From Myxococcales bacterium LLY-WYZ-16_1 (lineage in GTDB: Bacteria > Myxococcota > Kuafuiibacteriia > Kuafuiibacteriales > Kuafuiibacteriaceae): a stretch of 58,999 nucleotides of DNA. This document shows positions 1 through 10,664 of the stretch, in pieces. Made by a program: the position numbers and the translations under genes. Location: assembly GCA_031800475.1 (NCBI GenBank), contig DAPKRQ010000278.1, positions 1 to 58,999 of the forward strand, in the 5' to 3' direction. Each line of letters starts with the position of its first letter. The first letter of the stretch is position 1. The notes below the pieces were generated by a model. The model saw nothing but the letters and a program-made list of their open reading frames with translations, ran no database searches and was not told the origin of the DNA.

Positions 1-32
1 GGGCAGGCGGGGCTCGGGCGAGGGTTCGAGAC

Positions 33-443
33 TCAGGTCTTTGGCGCGACCGGATCTGCACCCGGCGCGCGGCTCCACCGGATCCGGATCGGGCCCCGGG
101 CGGTGGACGGGTCCACGACCCGCCCCTTTTGGGTGATCTCGACTTTGCCCTCGGCCACCAGACGGCGGGCGGCCTGGCGGGCCGGTTCCATCAGCTCGCG
201 CCAATCGGTCTGGCCCACGGCTTTGGCGGCTTCGCTCGGGCAGATGGAGGCGCCGTTTTGCCGCTCGGACAAAAGCTCCAAGATCGCTTTCTCGAGGGCC
301 TGATCCCCGGAGGACGGCTTGTGGCGCCGGCAGCGATCGCTGCAGTAACGCACGTGGTCCCAGTTTCGGGCCCATTTCTTGCGCCATACGATGGTCCGCC
401 CGCAGGTGGCGCAGGGCTTGGCCGGAAGCTCCCGTCCGCTCAC
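33..443 (-). CDS. DUF2256/DUF3253-domain protein
   Basis: [34 protein letters not shown] (DUF2256-like), then [38 protein letters not shown] (DUF3253-like). GTG start at 443 overlaps the upstream stop (GTGA). Confidence 0.8.
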   Translation of the reverse strand: MSGRELPAKPCATCGRTIVWRKKWARNWDHVRYCSDRCRRHKPSSGDQALEKAILELLSERQNGASICPSEAAKAVGQTDWRELMEPARQAARRLVAEGKVEITQKGRVVDPSTARGPIRIRWSRAPGADPVAPKT

Positions 444-1465
444 TCGAGGTGCCCAGCGGTCTTCAGGAGCGCTCGCCCGGTCCGGTCGCCGGAAAGAAAG
501 GCCCCTTGGACCTTGGCGCCCCACAACCAGTCGCCGGCCAAGGCCAGTCCGATTCCGGGGTCGATCGCCAGCTGCTCCGCGCCTGGAGCTTTCGGTGTCG
601 CGTACCGCCACCGATGGGCCTGCAGGGTGGTCGGAAACAGGGGAGCCACGCCCACGGCCTCGAAGAAGGCGTCCGCGCAGGTGCGGGCCACGGTTTCCGC
701 GCCGTCCTCGAGATGTTCGGTGCTGAACTCCGGGTTGGCCGACAACACCCATGCTTCGTCCGCTGGCCGGCCGGGCTTGCTGCTGTTGCGGGCGCACCAG
801 GCGACCGGACCCGTATTGACGAAGATTCCGTCGTACGCCACCGGGACCCGCTCGGAAAACGAGAGCATGGTGGTCCAACAGGGCCACATGGCGTGGGCCG
901 AGGCGATGGACTCGAGAGAAGTCCCTCGGACGAGGCCCGTCGCTTGAATGGGGGGCGCGGTGACCACGACCCACGAAAAGGGTCCGGCCGACCGGCCAAC
1001 GCTTTCGTCACCCGTGTCCAGCAGGTTCAGGTGCCACCCGTCGTCGTGTCGGACGAGCCGGTCCACTCGGGTGCCGACCTCGATGGAAGCCAGCTTCGCC
1101 GGCAGGGTACGGGCCAGCTGGTCGGGGACGGCGCGATTGTGCGGGACTCCGACCCAGCGCTCGGGGTTCGTGGACTTTTCGCACACTTCGCCAGGCCGAT
1201 CGACCGAGGCGATCCGGCCCTCCCATCGGGCGACGACGCCCGCGTCAGCCCAGTCGGAGACCACCCGAGCAAACTCCGGATCTCGGGCAGTGAAGTACTG
1301 GGCGCCATGGTCGAACGACCCGCCTGTCCGGGGCTCCCGGGTACTCGACCGGCCTCCGATCCGGCGACCCTTGTCGAACAGCGCCACGGATCGACCCGCA
1401 GCGGTCAGAACCCGGGCTGCCGCCAGGCCCGACACGCCGGCGCCGACGATGGCGACCGGTCTCAT
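440..1465 (-). CDS. FAD/NAD(P)-dependent oxidoreductase, renalase-like
   Basis: N-terminal [10 protein letters not shown] dinucleotide motif, [31 protein letters not shown] at 1465. Confidence 0.85.
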   Translation of the reverse strand: MRPVAIVGAGVSGLAAARVLTAAGRSVALFDKGRRIGGRSSTREPRTGGSFDHGAQYFTARDPEFARVVSDWADAGVVARWEGRIASVDRPGEVCEKSTNPERWVGVPHNRAVPDQLARTLPAKLASIEVGTRVDRLVRHDDGWHLNLLDTGDESVGRSAGPFSWVVVTAPPIQATGLVRGTSLESIASAHAMWPCWTTMLSFSERVPVAYDGIFVNTGPVAWCARNSSKPGRPADEAWVLSANPEFSTEHLEDGAETVARTCADAFFEAVGVAPLFPTTLQAHRWRYATPKAPGAEQLAIDPGIGLALAGDWLWGAKVQGAFLSGDRTGRALLKTAGHLE

Positions 1466-1469
1466 CGCC

Positions 1470-2426
1470 TCAGGCGCTCGCAGTCTTCGGCCGGTCGCGG
1501 AGCGTCTTTTCGATGAACAGCTCGCCGGCCCGGTACGAGGAGCGGACCAAGGGGCCGCTGGCCACGTAGCCGAATCCGAGCTCCCGGGCGCGCTCGGCGT
1601 AGCGGTCGAAGGTGTTCGGATGCACGAACTCCACCACTGGATGGTGTTTGCGGGTGGGGCGCAAGTATTGGCCAAAGGTGATGATGTCCACGCCCACCTC
1701 CCGAGCGTCTCGCATGGCCTGCTCGATCTCCTCGGCGGTCTCGCCCAGTCCGACCATCAACGAAGTTTTGGTCAGCAGCTGGGGCTTCTTTTCTTTCGCC
1801 CACCGGAGCACGTCCAGGCTCTGGGCGTAACTCGCCCGCGGATCCCGGACTGTCGGAGTGAGGCGCTCCACGCACTCCAGGTTGTGGGCCAAGACGGCCA
1901 GGGGGGCGTCGACCACCTTTTGCAGGGCGTCGGGGTCTCCCTGGAAGTCCGGGATCAGCATTTCCAGCAGCACGTCCGGGTTTTGGGCTCGGATGGCCCG
2001 AAGACACTCGGCCAGGTGGCCTGCACCTCCATCGGGCAGCTCGTCCCGGTTCACCGACGTGAGCACCACGTAGCTGAGCCCCATGGCGTGCACCGCGTCG
2101 GCCACGTTCTGCGGCTCTTCCGGGTCCAAGGCTGGCGGACGCTTGGCCGTGTTGACGGCGCAGAAGCGGCAACCTCGGGTGCAGGTGTCGCCCATGAGCA
2201 TGTAGGTGCCCGTACCGATGCTCCAGCACTCCCCGATGTTGGGGCATTGGGCTTCTTCGCAGACCGTGGCGAGCTTCAGATCCCGCGAGCGCCGTTTGAG
2301 GGCCGCATACTTCGGGCCTCCAGGTGCCCGAACCCGAAGCCACGGGGGCTTGCCCCGGCCCTCGCGGCCGATCGGGCCCGTTGGTTGGCCGTTTTCGTCT
2401 TGAAGAATCGGCAGTCGATCCCGCAC
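1470..2426 (-). CDS. lipA: lipoyl synthase (radical SAM)
   Basis: CEEAQCPNIGEC and CTRGCRFC motifs, GQYLRPT, SGPLVRSSYRA. Start (GTG 2426) approximate. Confidence 0.95.
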   Translation of the reverse strand: MRDRLPILQDENGQPTGPIGREGRGKPPWLRVRAPGGPKYAALKRRSRDLKLATVCEEAQCPNIGECWSIGTGTYMLMGDTCTRGCRFCAVNTAKRPPALDPEEPQNVADAVHAMGLSYVVLTSVNRDELPDGGAGHLAECLRAIRAQNPDVLLEMLIPDFQGDPDALQKVVDAPLAVLAHNLECVERLTPTVRDPRASYAQSLDVLRWAKEKKPQLLTKTSLMVGLGETAEEIEQAMRDAREVGVDIITFGQYLRPTRKHHPVVEFVHPNTFDRYAERARELGFGYVASGPLVRSSYRAGELFIEKTLRDRPKTASA

Positions 2427-2551
2427 GCCCCGACCGCTAACAACCTCGGACGTCGGGTACCAGCACAAAGGCGGTTCACGCCTGGGGCCCCGGCTTCGCT
2501 CAGCCAGCGCCCCTCGGTGCGGCAGATGGGGAGGGGGGCCTTTGGAAAGCT

Positions 2552-2589
2552 CGATGGGTGCCCCGGGGTCACGACCCCGGGGCCCATCG
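2552..2589 (-). terminator. GC-rich hairpin downstream of dnaK
   Basis: gccccggggt-cacg-accccggggc, extended by cgatgg/ccatcg, ~35 bp past the dnaK stop. Only a short U-tract follows. Confidence 0.45.
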
Positions 2590-2622
2590 CCGTGGGGGAC
2601 CGGCCCCGGGGCCGGTCCGAGC

Positions 2623-4548
2623 TCAGTTCGCCTCGGACCAGTCGGCGTCGATGACGTCGTCGTCCTTTTTCTGTTCGGACGCGCTGCCCCCGCCGCCCGC
2701 CGAGGCACCACCGGCGCCGCCGTCCGACGGCGGCTGCTGCTCGTCGGCGGTCTGCTTGTACAGGTGCTCCGCCATCTTGCCGGAAGCCTCTTTGAGCTTC
2801 GTCTCTGCCGCATCCCAGGCCGAGGCGTCGTCCTTCTTGAGGGCTTCCTTCGCCTCCTCCAGGGCGGTCGAAACCTCTTGGCCCAGCTCCACCGGCAGCT
2901 TGTCCTTCGCGTCGTTCATGGTGCGCTCTACCTGATAGACCAACTGGTCCAACTGGTTTCGGCGCTCCACCTGCTGCCGGCGCTTTTCGTCCTCGGCCTC
3001 GTTCTTCTGGGCCTCTTCGACCATCTTGTTGATCTCGTCTTCGTTGAGGCCGGACTGGGCCTCGATGCGCACGGACTGCTCGCGCCCGGTGGCTTTGTCC
3101 TTGGCCGAGACCGACACGATGCCGTTGGCGTCGATGTCGAAGGTTACCTCGATCTGAGGCATGCCCCGGGGCGCCGGCGGAATCCCGTCGAGCACGAACT
3201 TGCCGAGCGTCTTGTTGTCGTTGGCCATCTTGCGCTCGCCCTGAAGCACGTGCACCTCCACCTGACTCTGGTTGTCGGCGGCGGTGGAGAACACCTCGGA
3301 CTTTCGGGTCGGGATGGTCGTGTTCCGCGGAATCAGGGTGGTGAACACCCCGCCCAACGTCTCGATGCCCAGGGACAGCGGGGTTACGTCGAGCAGCACG
3401 ATGTCCTTCGCTTCGCCCGTCAACACACCGCCCTGAATGGCCGCACCCACCGCGACCACCTCGTCCGGATTCACCGAGCGGTTCGCGTCCTTGCCGAAGA
3501 ACTTCTTCACCTCTTCCTGGATCAGCGGGATGCGGGTCGAGCCGCCGACCAGCACCACTTCGTCGATCTCGCGAGGCGACTTCTTGGCGTCCTCGAGGGC
3601 CTTGCGCACCGACTCGAACGAATTCTGCACCAGGTCCCCGACCAGGGCTTCGAACTTGGCCCGAGACAGCTTGAGCTGCAGGTGTTTCGGGCCGCTTTGG
3701 TCCGCGGTCAAGAAGGGCAGGTTGACTTCGGTCTCGAAGGCGCTGGACAGCTCGATCTTCGCCTTTTCGGCGGCGTCCTTCAGGCGCTGCATGACCATCT
3801 TGTCGCCGGACACGTCGATGCCTGTGTCGCGCCGGAACTCGTCGATCAGCCACTTGATGATCCGCTGGTCGAAGTCGTCGCCGCCCAGGTGCGTATCGCC
3901 GTTGGTCGACACCACTTCGACCACGCCGTCTCCGACCTCGAGGATCGAAATGTCGAAGGTCCCGCCGCCGAAGTCGTAGACCGCGATGATCTCGTTCGTC
4001 TTTTTGTCGAGTCCGTAGGCCAGGGCCGCCGCCGTCGGCTCGTTGATGATCCGCTGTACGTTGAGGCCCGCGATCTTGCCCGCGTCTTTGGTGGCTTGGC
4101 GCTGGGCGTCGTTGAAGTAAGCCGGCACCGTGATCACCGCTTCGGTCACTTCTTCGCCCAGGTGGGACTCGGCGGCCCGCTTCAGCTTCTGCAGCACCTT
4201 GGCGGAGATTTCGGGGGGCGCGTAGCTCTTGCCCCGGATCTCCACGTGGGCGTCGCCGTTCGACGACTTCGTGACTTTGTACGGCACCCGTTCGGTTTCG
4301 GTTTCCGCGTCCTGGAACTTCATGCCCATGAACCGCTTCACCGAAAACACGGTGTTTTCTGGGTTGGTGATGGCCTGCCGCTGGGCGGCCTGGCCGACTA
4401 GGGTTTCACCCTTTTCCGTCCACGCGACCACCGAAGGGGTGGTGCGCGAGCCTTCCTCGTTGACGAGGACCTTCGTCTCTCCCGACTCCATGACCGCGAC
4501 CACGGAGTTGGTGGTGCCGAGGTCGATGCCGATGACTTTTTTTCCCAT
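2623..4548 (-). CDS. dnaK: molecular chaperone DnaK (Hsp70)
   Basis: [32 protein letters not shown]-terminal DDDVIDADW. True start ATG 4548. Confidence 0.98.
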   Translation of the reverse strand: MGKKVIGIDLGTTNSVVAVMESGETKVLVNEEGSRTTPSVVAWTEKGETLVGQAAQRQAITNPENTVFSVKRFMGMKFQDAETETERVPYKVTKSSNGDAHVEIRGKSYAPPEISAKVLQKLKRAAESHLGEEVTEAVITVPAYFNDAQRQATKDAGKIAGLNVQRIINEPTAAALAYGLDKKTNEIIAVYDFGGGTFDISILEVGDGVVEVVSTNGDTHLGGDDFDQRIIKWLIDEFRRDTGIDVSGDKMVMQRLKDAAEKAKIELSSAFETEVNLPFLTADQSGPKHLQLKLSRAKFEALVGDLVQNSFESVRKALEDAKKSPREIDEVVLVGGSTRIPLIQEEVKKFFGKDANRSVNPDEVVAVGAAIQGGVLTGEAKDIVLLDVTPLSLGIETLGGVFTTLIPRNTTIPTRKSEVFSTAADNQSQVEVHVLQGERKMANDNKTLGKFVLDGIPPAPRGMPQIEVTFDIDANGIVSVSAKDKATGREQSVRIEAQSGLNEDEINKMVEEAQKNEAEDEKRRQQVERRNQLDQLVYQVERTMNDAKDKLPVELGQEVSTALEEAKEALKKDDASAWDAAETKLKEASGKMAEHLYKQTADEQQPPSDGGAGGASAGGGGSASEQKKDDDVIDADWSEAN

Positions 4549-4697
4549 AAGTGTCCGTTCTCCCTTGATTTCGACGCCCCCTGCGTCTCCGCGGCGGCTT
4601 CCGACGGACCTTAGGCACTCGCGCCAACCCGTCAAACTGGCACTGAGAAAACCCTCTCGTCTGCGGGGTGTGCGGCCGAAGTCGGCCCCCCGCTCTC

Positions 4698-4741
4698 GGG
4701 GGACGGGGCCGCCGGTAAGGGGGGACGGGGCCGCCGGTAAG
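4698..4741. repeat. perfect 22-bp tandem direct repeat (x2)
   Basis: gggggacggggccgccggtaag at 4698-4719 and 4720-4741, in the divergent dnaK/dsbA-like intergenic region. Confidence 0.9.
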
Positions 4742-4851
4742 ATGGCCGATCGGGAACGGAGCGTTCGGTTTGACAGAGTCTTCGGGAGCGCTATACCCGT
4801 CCGCCAATTCCGGCGCGGGCGCCGTCCCACGCCGTGACTCGAGGGCAAAAC

Positions 4852-6858
4852 ATGAAAACGGGAACTCTGTTCGGATACCTGATCGCGGCGGCCATCGGCT
4901 TCGGCGTCGGGTTTGCCGTCAAAGACAGTCGAGACGGGACCTTGAAGGCGGAGGCGAAGAAGCCTCCGGAAGCGGCCGAGCCGAGCGAGGCCCAGGCGGC
5001 CGCCAAGCCCAAGCCCAAGGCGAAGGCGGCCGGCGCCAAAGACGCGGACGTTTTCAAGGTGCCGGTCGGCGACAGCGTCCAAAAGGGGCCGGACGACGCC
5101 CTGGTGACCATCGTCGCCTTCTCCGATTTTCAGTGCCCCTTTTGCTCCCGGGTGCTGCCCACCCTGACGAAGGTCGAAGAAAAGTACGGCGACGACGTCC
5201 GGATGGTCTTCAAGCACAATCCGCTTCCCTTCCACCGGCAGGCGCCCCTCGCCCACGAATACGCCCTGGCCGCGGCCGAGCAGGGGAAGTTTTGGGAGAT
5301 GCACGACAAGCTCTTCCAAAATCAAAAGGCCCTGCAGCCCGATGACCTCGAGAAGTACGCCGAGGAGGTGGGCCTCGACCTGCAAAAGGTCGAAGCCTAC
5401 CTGGAGTCCGGCAAGGGCAAGAAGGTCATCGCCGAAGACCAAAAGCTCGCCCGGCAGATCGGCGCCACCGGCACGCCGTCGTTTTACGTGAACGGGGTCA
5501 AGATCGCTGGAGCTCAGCCCTATCCGAAGTTCGAACAGATCATCGACGCCCGAATGGCCGTGGCCAAAAAGGCCCTCGAAAAGGGCGTGCGCCGCTCGGG
5601 CCTGTACGCTGCCCTGATCGAGGACGGGCGCACCAGCCCGCCTCCCCGTCCCAAGCGAAAGCCCCGAAAGCAGCCTCCCGCCGTTCGACAAGAGGTGGCT
5701 CTGTCGGACGCCACCCCGACGAAGGGCGCCGACGAGCCGCTGGTCACGATCGTCGAGTTTTCGGACTTTCAGTGCCCGTTCTGCGCCCGGATCAACCCAA
5801 CCATCGACCAGATCCTGAAGACCTATGGCGACGAAGTGCAGGTCCGGTTTCGAAACCTGCCTCTGGGCTTTCACCAGCGCGCCGAGCCGGCGGCCCGGGC
5901 GGCGCTGGCTGCCCACGCCCAGGGCAAGTTCTGGGAGATGCACGACAAGCTCTTCGCGAACCAGCGCGCCCTGCAGGACGACGACCTGAAGAAGTACGCC
6001 GAGGAACTGGGGCTCGACGTGGCGAAGTTCGAAGAGGACATGGCTGCGGAGGCGATCAAAAAGCAGGTGCAGGCCGACATGGCCGCAGCCCGCAAGTATG
6101 GCGCCCGGGGTACGCCCACGTCCTTTGTCAACGGGGTGCCGGTCCGGGGGGCCCAGCCGTTCGCCCGCTTCAAGGGTCGCATCGACTCGGAGATCGAGCT
6201 GGCCGAAAAGCTGATCGAAGAAGGGGTGAAGCGTTCCGAGGTCTACGCCGAGATCCTGAAGCGCGAGGCCGGAAAAGCCCCGGACGGCGGGGAAGCGCCG
6301 CCGCCGGCGGCCAAGCCGCAACCCGAAAAGGAGGAAAAGCCCGTCGACATCGAGCTCGGGAAGGCTCCGCTGCAAGGAGACGAAGACGCTCCAGTCAAGG
6401 TGGTCGTCTTTTCCGACTTCGAGTGTCCCTTTTGCGGTCGCGTCAATCCGAGCATCGACAAGCTCAAGGAGGAGTACGGAGACAAGGTGGCGGTGGCCTT
6501 CAAACACTACCCGCTCCCGTTCCACCAAAACGCTCGCCGGGCGGCGATCGCGAGCTTGGCCGCCCACCGGCAGGGCAAGTTTTGGCAGATGCACGACAAG
6601 CTGTTCGCAAACCAGCGGGCCCTGAGCGAAGACGACATTCGGGGCTACGCCGAAGAACTCGGGCTCGACATGGACGATTTCGAGGCCGACATGGACGACC
6701 CGGAACTCGAGGCCTGGGTCGACGCCGACATGAAAGAGGGTCGGGGCTTTGGCGTCACGGGCACGCCGGCCACGTTCATCAACGGCCGGAAGATCGTGGG
6801 AGCCCAGCCCTATTCCGCCTTCAAAAAGAAGGTGGACGAAGTCCTCTCCGAGTCCTGA
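4852..6858 (+). CDS. membrane-anchored protein with three DsbA/thioredoxin-like domains
   Basis: N-terminal hydrophobic anchor. Three repeats of FSDF(Q/E)CPFC...GKFW(E/Q)MHDKLF...GTP..(Y/F)(V/I)NG..I/V.GAQP. Confidence 0.9.
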   Translation: MKTGTLFGYLIAAAIGFGVGFAVKDSRDGTLKAEAKKPPEAAEPSEAQAAAKPKPKAKAAGAKDADVFKVPVGDSVQKGPDDALVTIVAFSDFQCPFCSRVLPTLTKVEEKYGDDVRMVFKHNPLPFHRQAPLAHEYALAAAEQGKFWEMHDKLFQNQKALQPDDLEKYAEEVGLDLQKVEAYLESGKGKKVIAEDQKLARQIGATGTPSFYVNGVKIAGAQPYPKFEQIIDARMAVAKKALEKGVRRSGLYAALIEDGRTSPPPRPKRKPRKQPPAVRQEVALSDATPTKGADEPLVTIVEFSDFQCPFCARINPTIDQILKTYGDEVQVRFRNLPLGFHQRAEPAARAALAAHAQGKFWEMHDKLFANQRALQDDDLKKYAEELGLDVAKFEEDMAAEAIKKQVQADMAAARKYGARGTPTSFVNGVPVRGAQPFARFKGRIDSEIELAEKLIEEGVKRSEVYAEILKREAGKAPDGGEAPPPAAKPQPEKEEKPVDIELGKAPLQGDEDAPVKVVVFSDFECPFCGRVNPSIDKLKEEYGDKVAVAFKHYPLPFHQNARRAAIASLAAHRQGKFWQMHDKLFANQRALSEDDIRGYAEELGLDMDDFEADMDDPELEAWVDADMKEGRGFGVTGTPATFINGRKIVGAQPYSAFKKKVDEVLSES

Positions 6859-7097
6859 CGCGGTCTCCTACCCGTCGGCCCATCCGAGCCCCTCACCCTG
6901 AAGTTTCGCCGAGCTCGCCCACGCTGCCCGAATGCCCTTGGGGGCGCTCGACCCGGCGAACTGGGGGTTCATGGGGGCCCATCCCACGGCATCGCCGACG
7001 CGCGGCTTGCACACCCGGGCAGCACCGCTCCCCCGTCCGCGCAAACCGTTCGGCAGCCTTCCAAGTCGGGGACAGATGCGAGCACCGACTCCGAAGT

Positions 7098-7409
7098 TCA
7101 GTCGCGGGACAGGGGGGCGGGTTCGAAGACCACCCGCCCGTGCGCGTCGAGCTGCTCCAGCAGGTCGGTCTCGCTGGCCGGGGCGGGACACGCGAAGGGC
7201 GCCGGTTCCGGCTCGACCGACTCGATTTCGGCCGTCACCCGCCCCGTCAGCGGAAGCGACGGCGTCCGCGCCGACAGCCCCGCCACGGACTCGGTCGAAG
7301 TGTCTCCCCAACGGGCCAACAGCACGTGTGCGACGAAGAAGATGATCGTCGCCAAAGCGGGGGACACGAACCACACGCCGGGGGCCGGTTCGCTCGGACG
7401 GCGCAGCAT
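7098..7409 (-). CDS. hypothetical single-TM protein
   Basis: ATG 7409, hydrophobic stretch VWFVSPALATIIFFVAHVLLA. No recognised family. Confidence 0.4.
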   Translation of the reverse strand: MLRRPSEPAPGVWFVSPALATIIFFVAHVLLARWGDTSTESVAGLSARTPSLPLTGRVTAEIESVEPEPAPFACPAPASETDLLEQLDAHGRVVFEPAPLSRD

Positions 7410-7588
7410 GTTCGTGTGATTTAAGGCATGGATTTCGGAAGTGTCGAGCCCCGAAGTGGATACCGCGCACAACCGATCGATGGAGCGCACTCCCTGCGGC
7501 CCGGATCTGCCGAATTTTCCCCGAGTGGGCCCATGAATCCGGGTGCGGAGCGGCCCCCACCGTCCGCTCGAGGCCGTTCGGCTCGAGG

Positions 7589-8347
7589 TCATCCGATCCG
7601 GGCCAGACCCAGGAGGGTGCCGGTGGCCGGGCTCGCCAGATGGATCGGTTCGCCGGACGCGGGTCTCCATCCACGACACAAGCCCTCCAGCTCGATGCGG
7701 CCCACTTCTCGGGACTGGACGACCGGCGCGCGCTCGGCCGTGCCTCGGTCCCAGTCCAGTCGACCGAGGATGCGCCGGACCCGGACGTCGGCGCTTCCCG
7801 ACAGCCCATGGGCGAGCAGTGTTTGGCCGGGCGTCAGGGGCTGCGGACCGATCCACTGGACCGACACCGGGTTTGGGCCATCTTTTGCCGGCTCGACCGA
7901 AGCCATCGATACGGATGCGCACCAGTCGGTCACCAGACGGGGCCCGGTGTAGCCGTCGGGATGGAGGCGGTCGGACTCGGGCGCCGGGCGCACGGGAAAG
8001 ACCCAGGTCGGGCCCAAGCCGAAGTTCCGCAGGGTCGCCTGCACCCGGGTTTCGCTCCAGTCGAATTCGGAGCGACGGCTCCGCCGGGGCAGCAAGACCG
8101 CCGTGGGCAGCCCGAGCCACCCCAGAAGCGACAGACCTGCCGGGACGCCGAGCCCGGGACGGGTGACCTGGGCCACCACGACCGCCGCCCGGGCCCGAAA
8201 GACCCCGTCCACCCACGAGGACGTTTCCGGACGACCGCAAGATGGAGCGCCTTGCTGGCCGCATACGGCCGCAGCGCGGAAGGCCCGCGCCACCGCCTCC
8301 CGCACGCTCCGGGTTCCGGGCGAGCCCAACACGACCACGGCGTTCAT
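7589..8347 (-). CDS. degenerate CysN-like protein (sulfate adenylyltransferase subunit 1 C-terminal domain-like)
   Basis: ATGA overlap with the cysH stop. C-terminus (QWIGPQPLTPGQTLL...RRILGRLDW...EVGRIEL...TLLGLARI) resembles CysN domain III. No GTPase motifs. Confidence 0.4.
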   Translation of the reverse strand: MNAVVVLGSPGTRSVREAVARAFRAAAVCGQQGAPSCGRPETSSWVDGVFRARAAVVVAQVTRPGLGVPAGLSLLGWLGLPTAVLLPRRSRRSEFDWSETRVQATLRNFGLGPTWVFPVRPAPESDRLHPDGYTGPRLVTDWCASVSMASVEPAKDGPNPVSVQWIGPQPLTPGQTLLAHGLSGSADVRVRRILGRLDWDRGTAERAPVVQSREVGRIELEGLCRGWRPASGEPIHLASPATGTLLGLARIG

Positions 8348-9069
8348 CCGACCTCCTGCAACCGGGAGCTCGGATGGGCGGTGTGAAGGCCGCATTCTTT
8401 GTGCTCGGGCCGTTCCCACCACCAGCGCCCGGCCCGTTCGTCCTCGCCTTCACGGACGGGGCGCGTGCACGGGGCGCAGCCGATGGAGGTGTAGCCCCGC
8501 CCGTAGAGCGGATGGATCGGCAAGCCTCGACGCTCCACCTCGGACCGAACCTGGTCCAGGGACCAGCGGGCCAACGGATTGATCTTCCAAGGTCCAGTGG
8601 AGTTCGGTTCGACCACCTGCAGGTCGGACCGGGTCACGGACTGGGCCCGCCGCTGTCCGGTGACCCATGCCCGGACGCCGGACAGGGCCCGATTCAAAGG
8701 CTCCACCTTGCGCACGGCGCAGCATTCGTGTCGATCTTCGAGACTGTTTCGGAACGAATACAGGCCTTTGGTGCGTTCGAGTTCTTCGACCGCTACCCGT
8801 TCGGGAAACTGCCACTCGATCTGGATTTCGAGCTTTCTCTGGACCGCGTCTGCGGTCCAGTAGGTCTCTTCGGGCAGGCGGCCCGTATCCAGCGAGAAGA
8901 CCCGAATGCCGGGCTCGACTTCCACGGCCATGGCCATGAGCAGCACGTCCTCCATGCTGAAGCTCGAAGCCACCACCAACTCGGGATGAAACCGCCGCAC
9001 CGCCTCGCGGAGCACGGCTCGGGGATCGTCGAAGTCGACGGCCCAGGCGGACTCGGGCTGGGGACTCAC
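8344..9069 (-). CDS. cysH: APS/PAPS reductase (Fe-S APS-reductase type)
   Basis: LDTGRLPEETY, ECCAVRKVEPL, TGQRRAQS, SIGCAPCT, RAGRWWWE, KECGLH. GTGA overlap with cysG. Confidence 0.92.
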   Translation of the reverse strand: MSPQPESAWAVDFDDPRAVLREAVRRFHPELVVASSFSMEDVLLMAMAVEVEPGIRVFSLDTGRLPEETYWTADAVQRKLEIQIEWQFPERVAVEELERTKGLYSFRNSLEDRHECCAVRKVEPLNRALSGVRAWVTGQRRAQSVTRSDLQVVEPNSTGPWKINPLARWSLDQVRSEVERRGLPIHPLYGRGYTSIGCAPCTRPVREGEDERAGRWWWERPEHKECGLHTAHPSSRLQEVG

Positions 9070-10553
9070 GATGCCAATCCCTCCAAACGAGCCGGTGTTT
9101 CCGGGGACCCAAGGGTCTGCGCGGCCGAAACGACCCAGCCGAACACCAAGACGGCGGGTGCCTGAATCCGTGCCTGGGTGAGGGTCGTTTCGAGCGAAGC
9201 CAGCTCGGTGGTCACGACCCGCTCCCCGGGTTGGTTGGCCCGCTCGATGGCGGCGACCGGCAGATCCTCGGGATAGCCCGCGTCGCGCATGCTCTCCCGG
9301 ATCTGGGATGCGCGCCCAACGGCCATGAGCAGAACCACGGTCTGCTGCGCTTGGTAGGGGGGAACGGCGACCGAGCTTCCGTGGGCACCTTGGCCCGTTC
9401 CGACGACGAAGCGATCGGCCACGCCGCGCTGCGTGAGGGGGACGCCGGCGGCCAGCGGTGCACAAAGGGCGCTCGACAGGCCGGGCACCACCTGCACGCG
9501 CAGTCCGGCGGCCGTGAACCGCTGCAGTTCTCCGGCCGCTCGCCCGAACACGAAGGGATCGCCTTGCTTGAGCCGCACCACGCGGCGACCCGCCGTCGCC
9601 GCTTCCAAGACCCAGTCCTCCAGCTCCTGTTGGGCGGCGCCGGATCGGCCCGGGAGCTTGCGGGCGATGCGAAGCTCTCCGGGGACGCGCTCCAGGATTT
9701 CGGGGGACACCAGACGGTCGGCAACCACCAGATCGGCGGCGCGAAGCACGTTCCAAGCCCGAAGCGTGAGCAGCTCCGGATCGCCGGGTCCCGCGCCGAC
9801 CATCCAGACCGTATCGGTTGGGGCCGTCTCGGCGGCACCTTGGGGCACGGGCTGTTTCGGCGGGGGTTCGGGCGGAGGCCCGCCGGCGGCGTAGCGGTCC
9901 ACCAGGCGGTGGACCGAAGCCTCGTCGAGCCGCGCCAGGTCCGAAAAGGTCCAGTTGCGACCGACCTGTCCGAGCCACTGCATGCGGCGCGGGCTCGATT
10001 CGGGGGCGGGGTCGGCTCTTCGGATCGCGCTTCGAAGCTGGCCGAAGCGCTGCACCGCCTGACCGAGGCCGTCCGGCAGGGCGTCGGCCAGACTGCGGAT
10101 CAACCGGCTCGCGATGCTCGGACCCTGCCCATTGGTCGACACGGCGACCTGAACCGGCCCCTCTCGATGGACCGACGTGAACCAGAAGTCGCACAGGTCC
10201 GGGACGTCGGCCACGTTCACCGGGATCCGAGCGGCCCGGCACAGGCCCGCGATGCGCAGGCTTTCGTCCGGGTCGTCGATGGCGGTCATGACCATGGACG
10301 CCCGGTCCAGGTCCCCGTCGGCGAAGGGGCGGGGCACCCAATCGATCTCCCCCCGTTCGTGCCGCCGCCGGAGCTCCGCACCGAGGTCGGGGGCCACCAC
10401 CCGCACCTGCCCGTCGGCCTGAAGGGCCAGCCGGACCCGGCCGGCGGCCACGGGCCCACCGCCGACCACCAGCACCCGCTGGCGGTCGACCCGCCAGGCC
10501 AACATCAGGGAACCCCCGCCTTGGATCGGCGAGATCTCCGGGGTTCGACTCAC
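9066..10553 (-). CDS. cysG: siroheme synthase (precorrin-2 dehydrogenase/ferrochelatase fused to uroporphyrinogen-III C-methyltransferase)
   Basis: VLVVGGGPVA, VNVADVPDLCDF, then VGAGPGDPELLTLRA and RLKQGDPFVFGR. Confidence 0.9.
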   Translation of the reverse strand: MSRTPEISPIQGGGSLMLAWRVDRQRVLVVGGGPVAAGRVRLALQADGQVRVVAPDLGAELRRRHERGEIDWVPRPFADGDLDRASMVMTAIDDPDESLRIAGLCRAARIPVNVADVPDLCDFWFTSVHREGPVQVAVSTNGQGPSIASRLIRSLADALPDGLGQAVQRFGQLRSAIRRADPAPESSPRRMQWLGQVGRNWTFSDLARLDEASVHRLVDRYAAGGPPPEPPPKQPVPQGAAETAPTDTVWMVGAGPGDPELLTLRAWNVLRAADLVVADRLVSPEILERVPGELRIARKLPGRSGAAQQELEDWVLEAATAGRRVVRLKQGDPFVFGRAAGELQRFTAAGLRVQVVPGLSSALCAPLAAGVPLTQRGVADRFVVGTGQGAHGSSVAVPPYQAQQTVVLLMAVGRASQIRESMRDAGYPEDLPVAAIERANQPGERVVTTELASLETTLTQARIQAPAVLVFGWVVSAAQTLGSPETPARLEGLAS

Positions 10554-10664
10554 GGAATTCCCCCCCGACCGGACGCGCGCCGTCTCATATGACGGACGTA
10601 CGTTAAAACGGACGAGAGTTCAAGCGGGACCGGCTTTTGGCCCAGCGACCGAAGCAGCCGCCTA

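Noticed and set aside
4611-4640. CIRCE-like half site (TAGGCACTC) upstream of dnaK
   Set aside because: The second arm (GAGTGCTAA) is absent at 9-bp spacing.
2623-6594. 1323-aa ORF suggesting a giant DnaK fusion
   Set aside because: The N-terminal part is the antisense shadow of the triple-DsbA gene; DnaK begins at ATG 4548.
10554-10664. Mobile-element or att boundary at the PGC edge
   Set aside because: No integrase, transposase, tRNA or flanking direct repeat recognised at either end.
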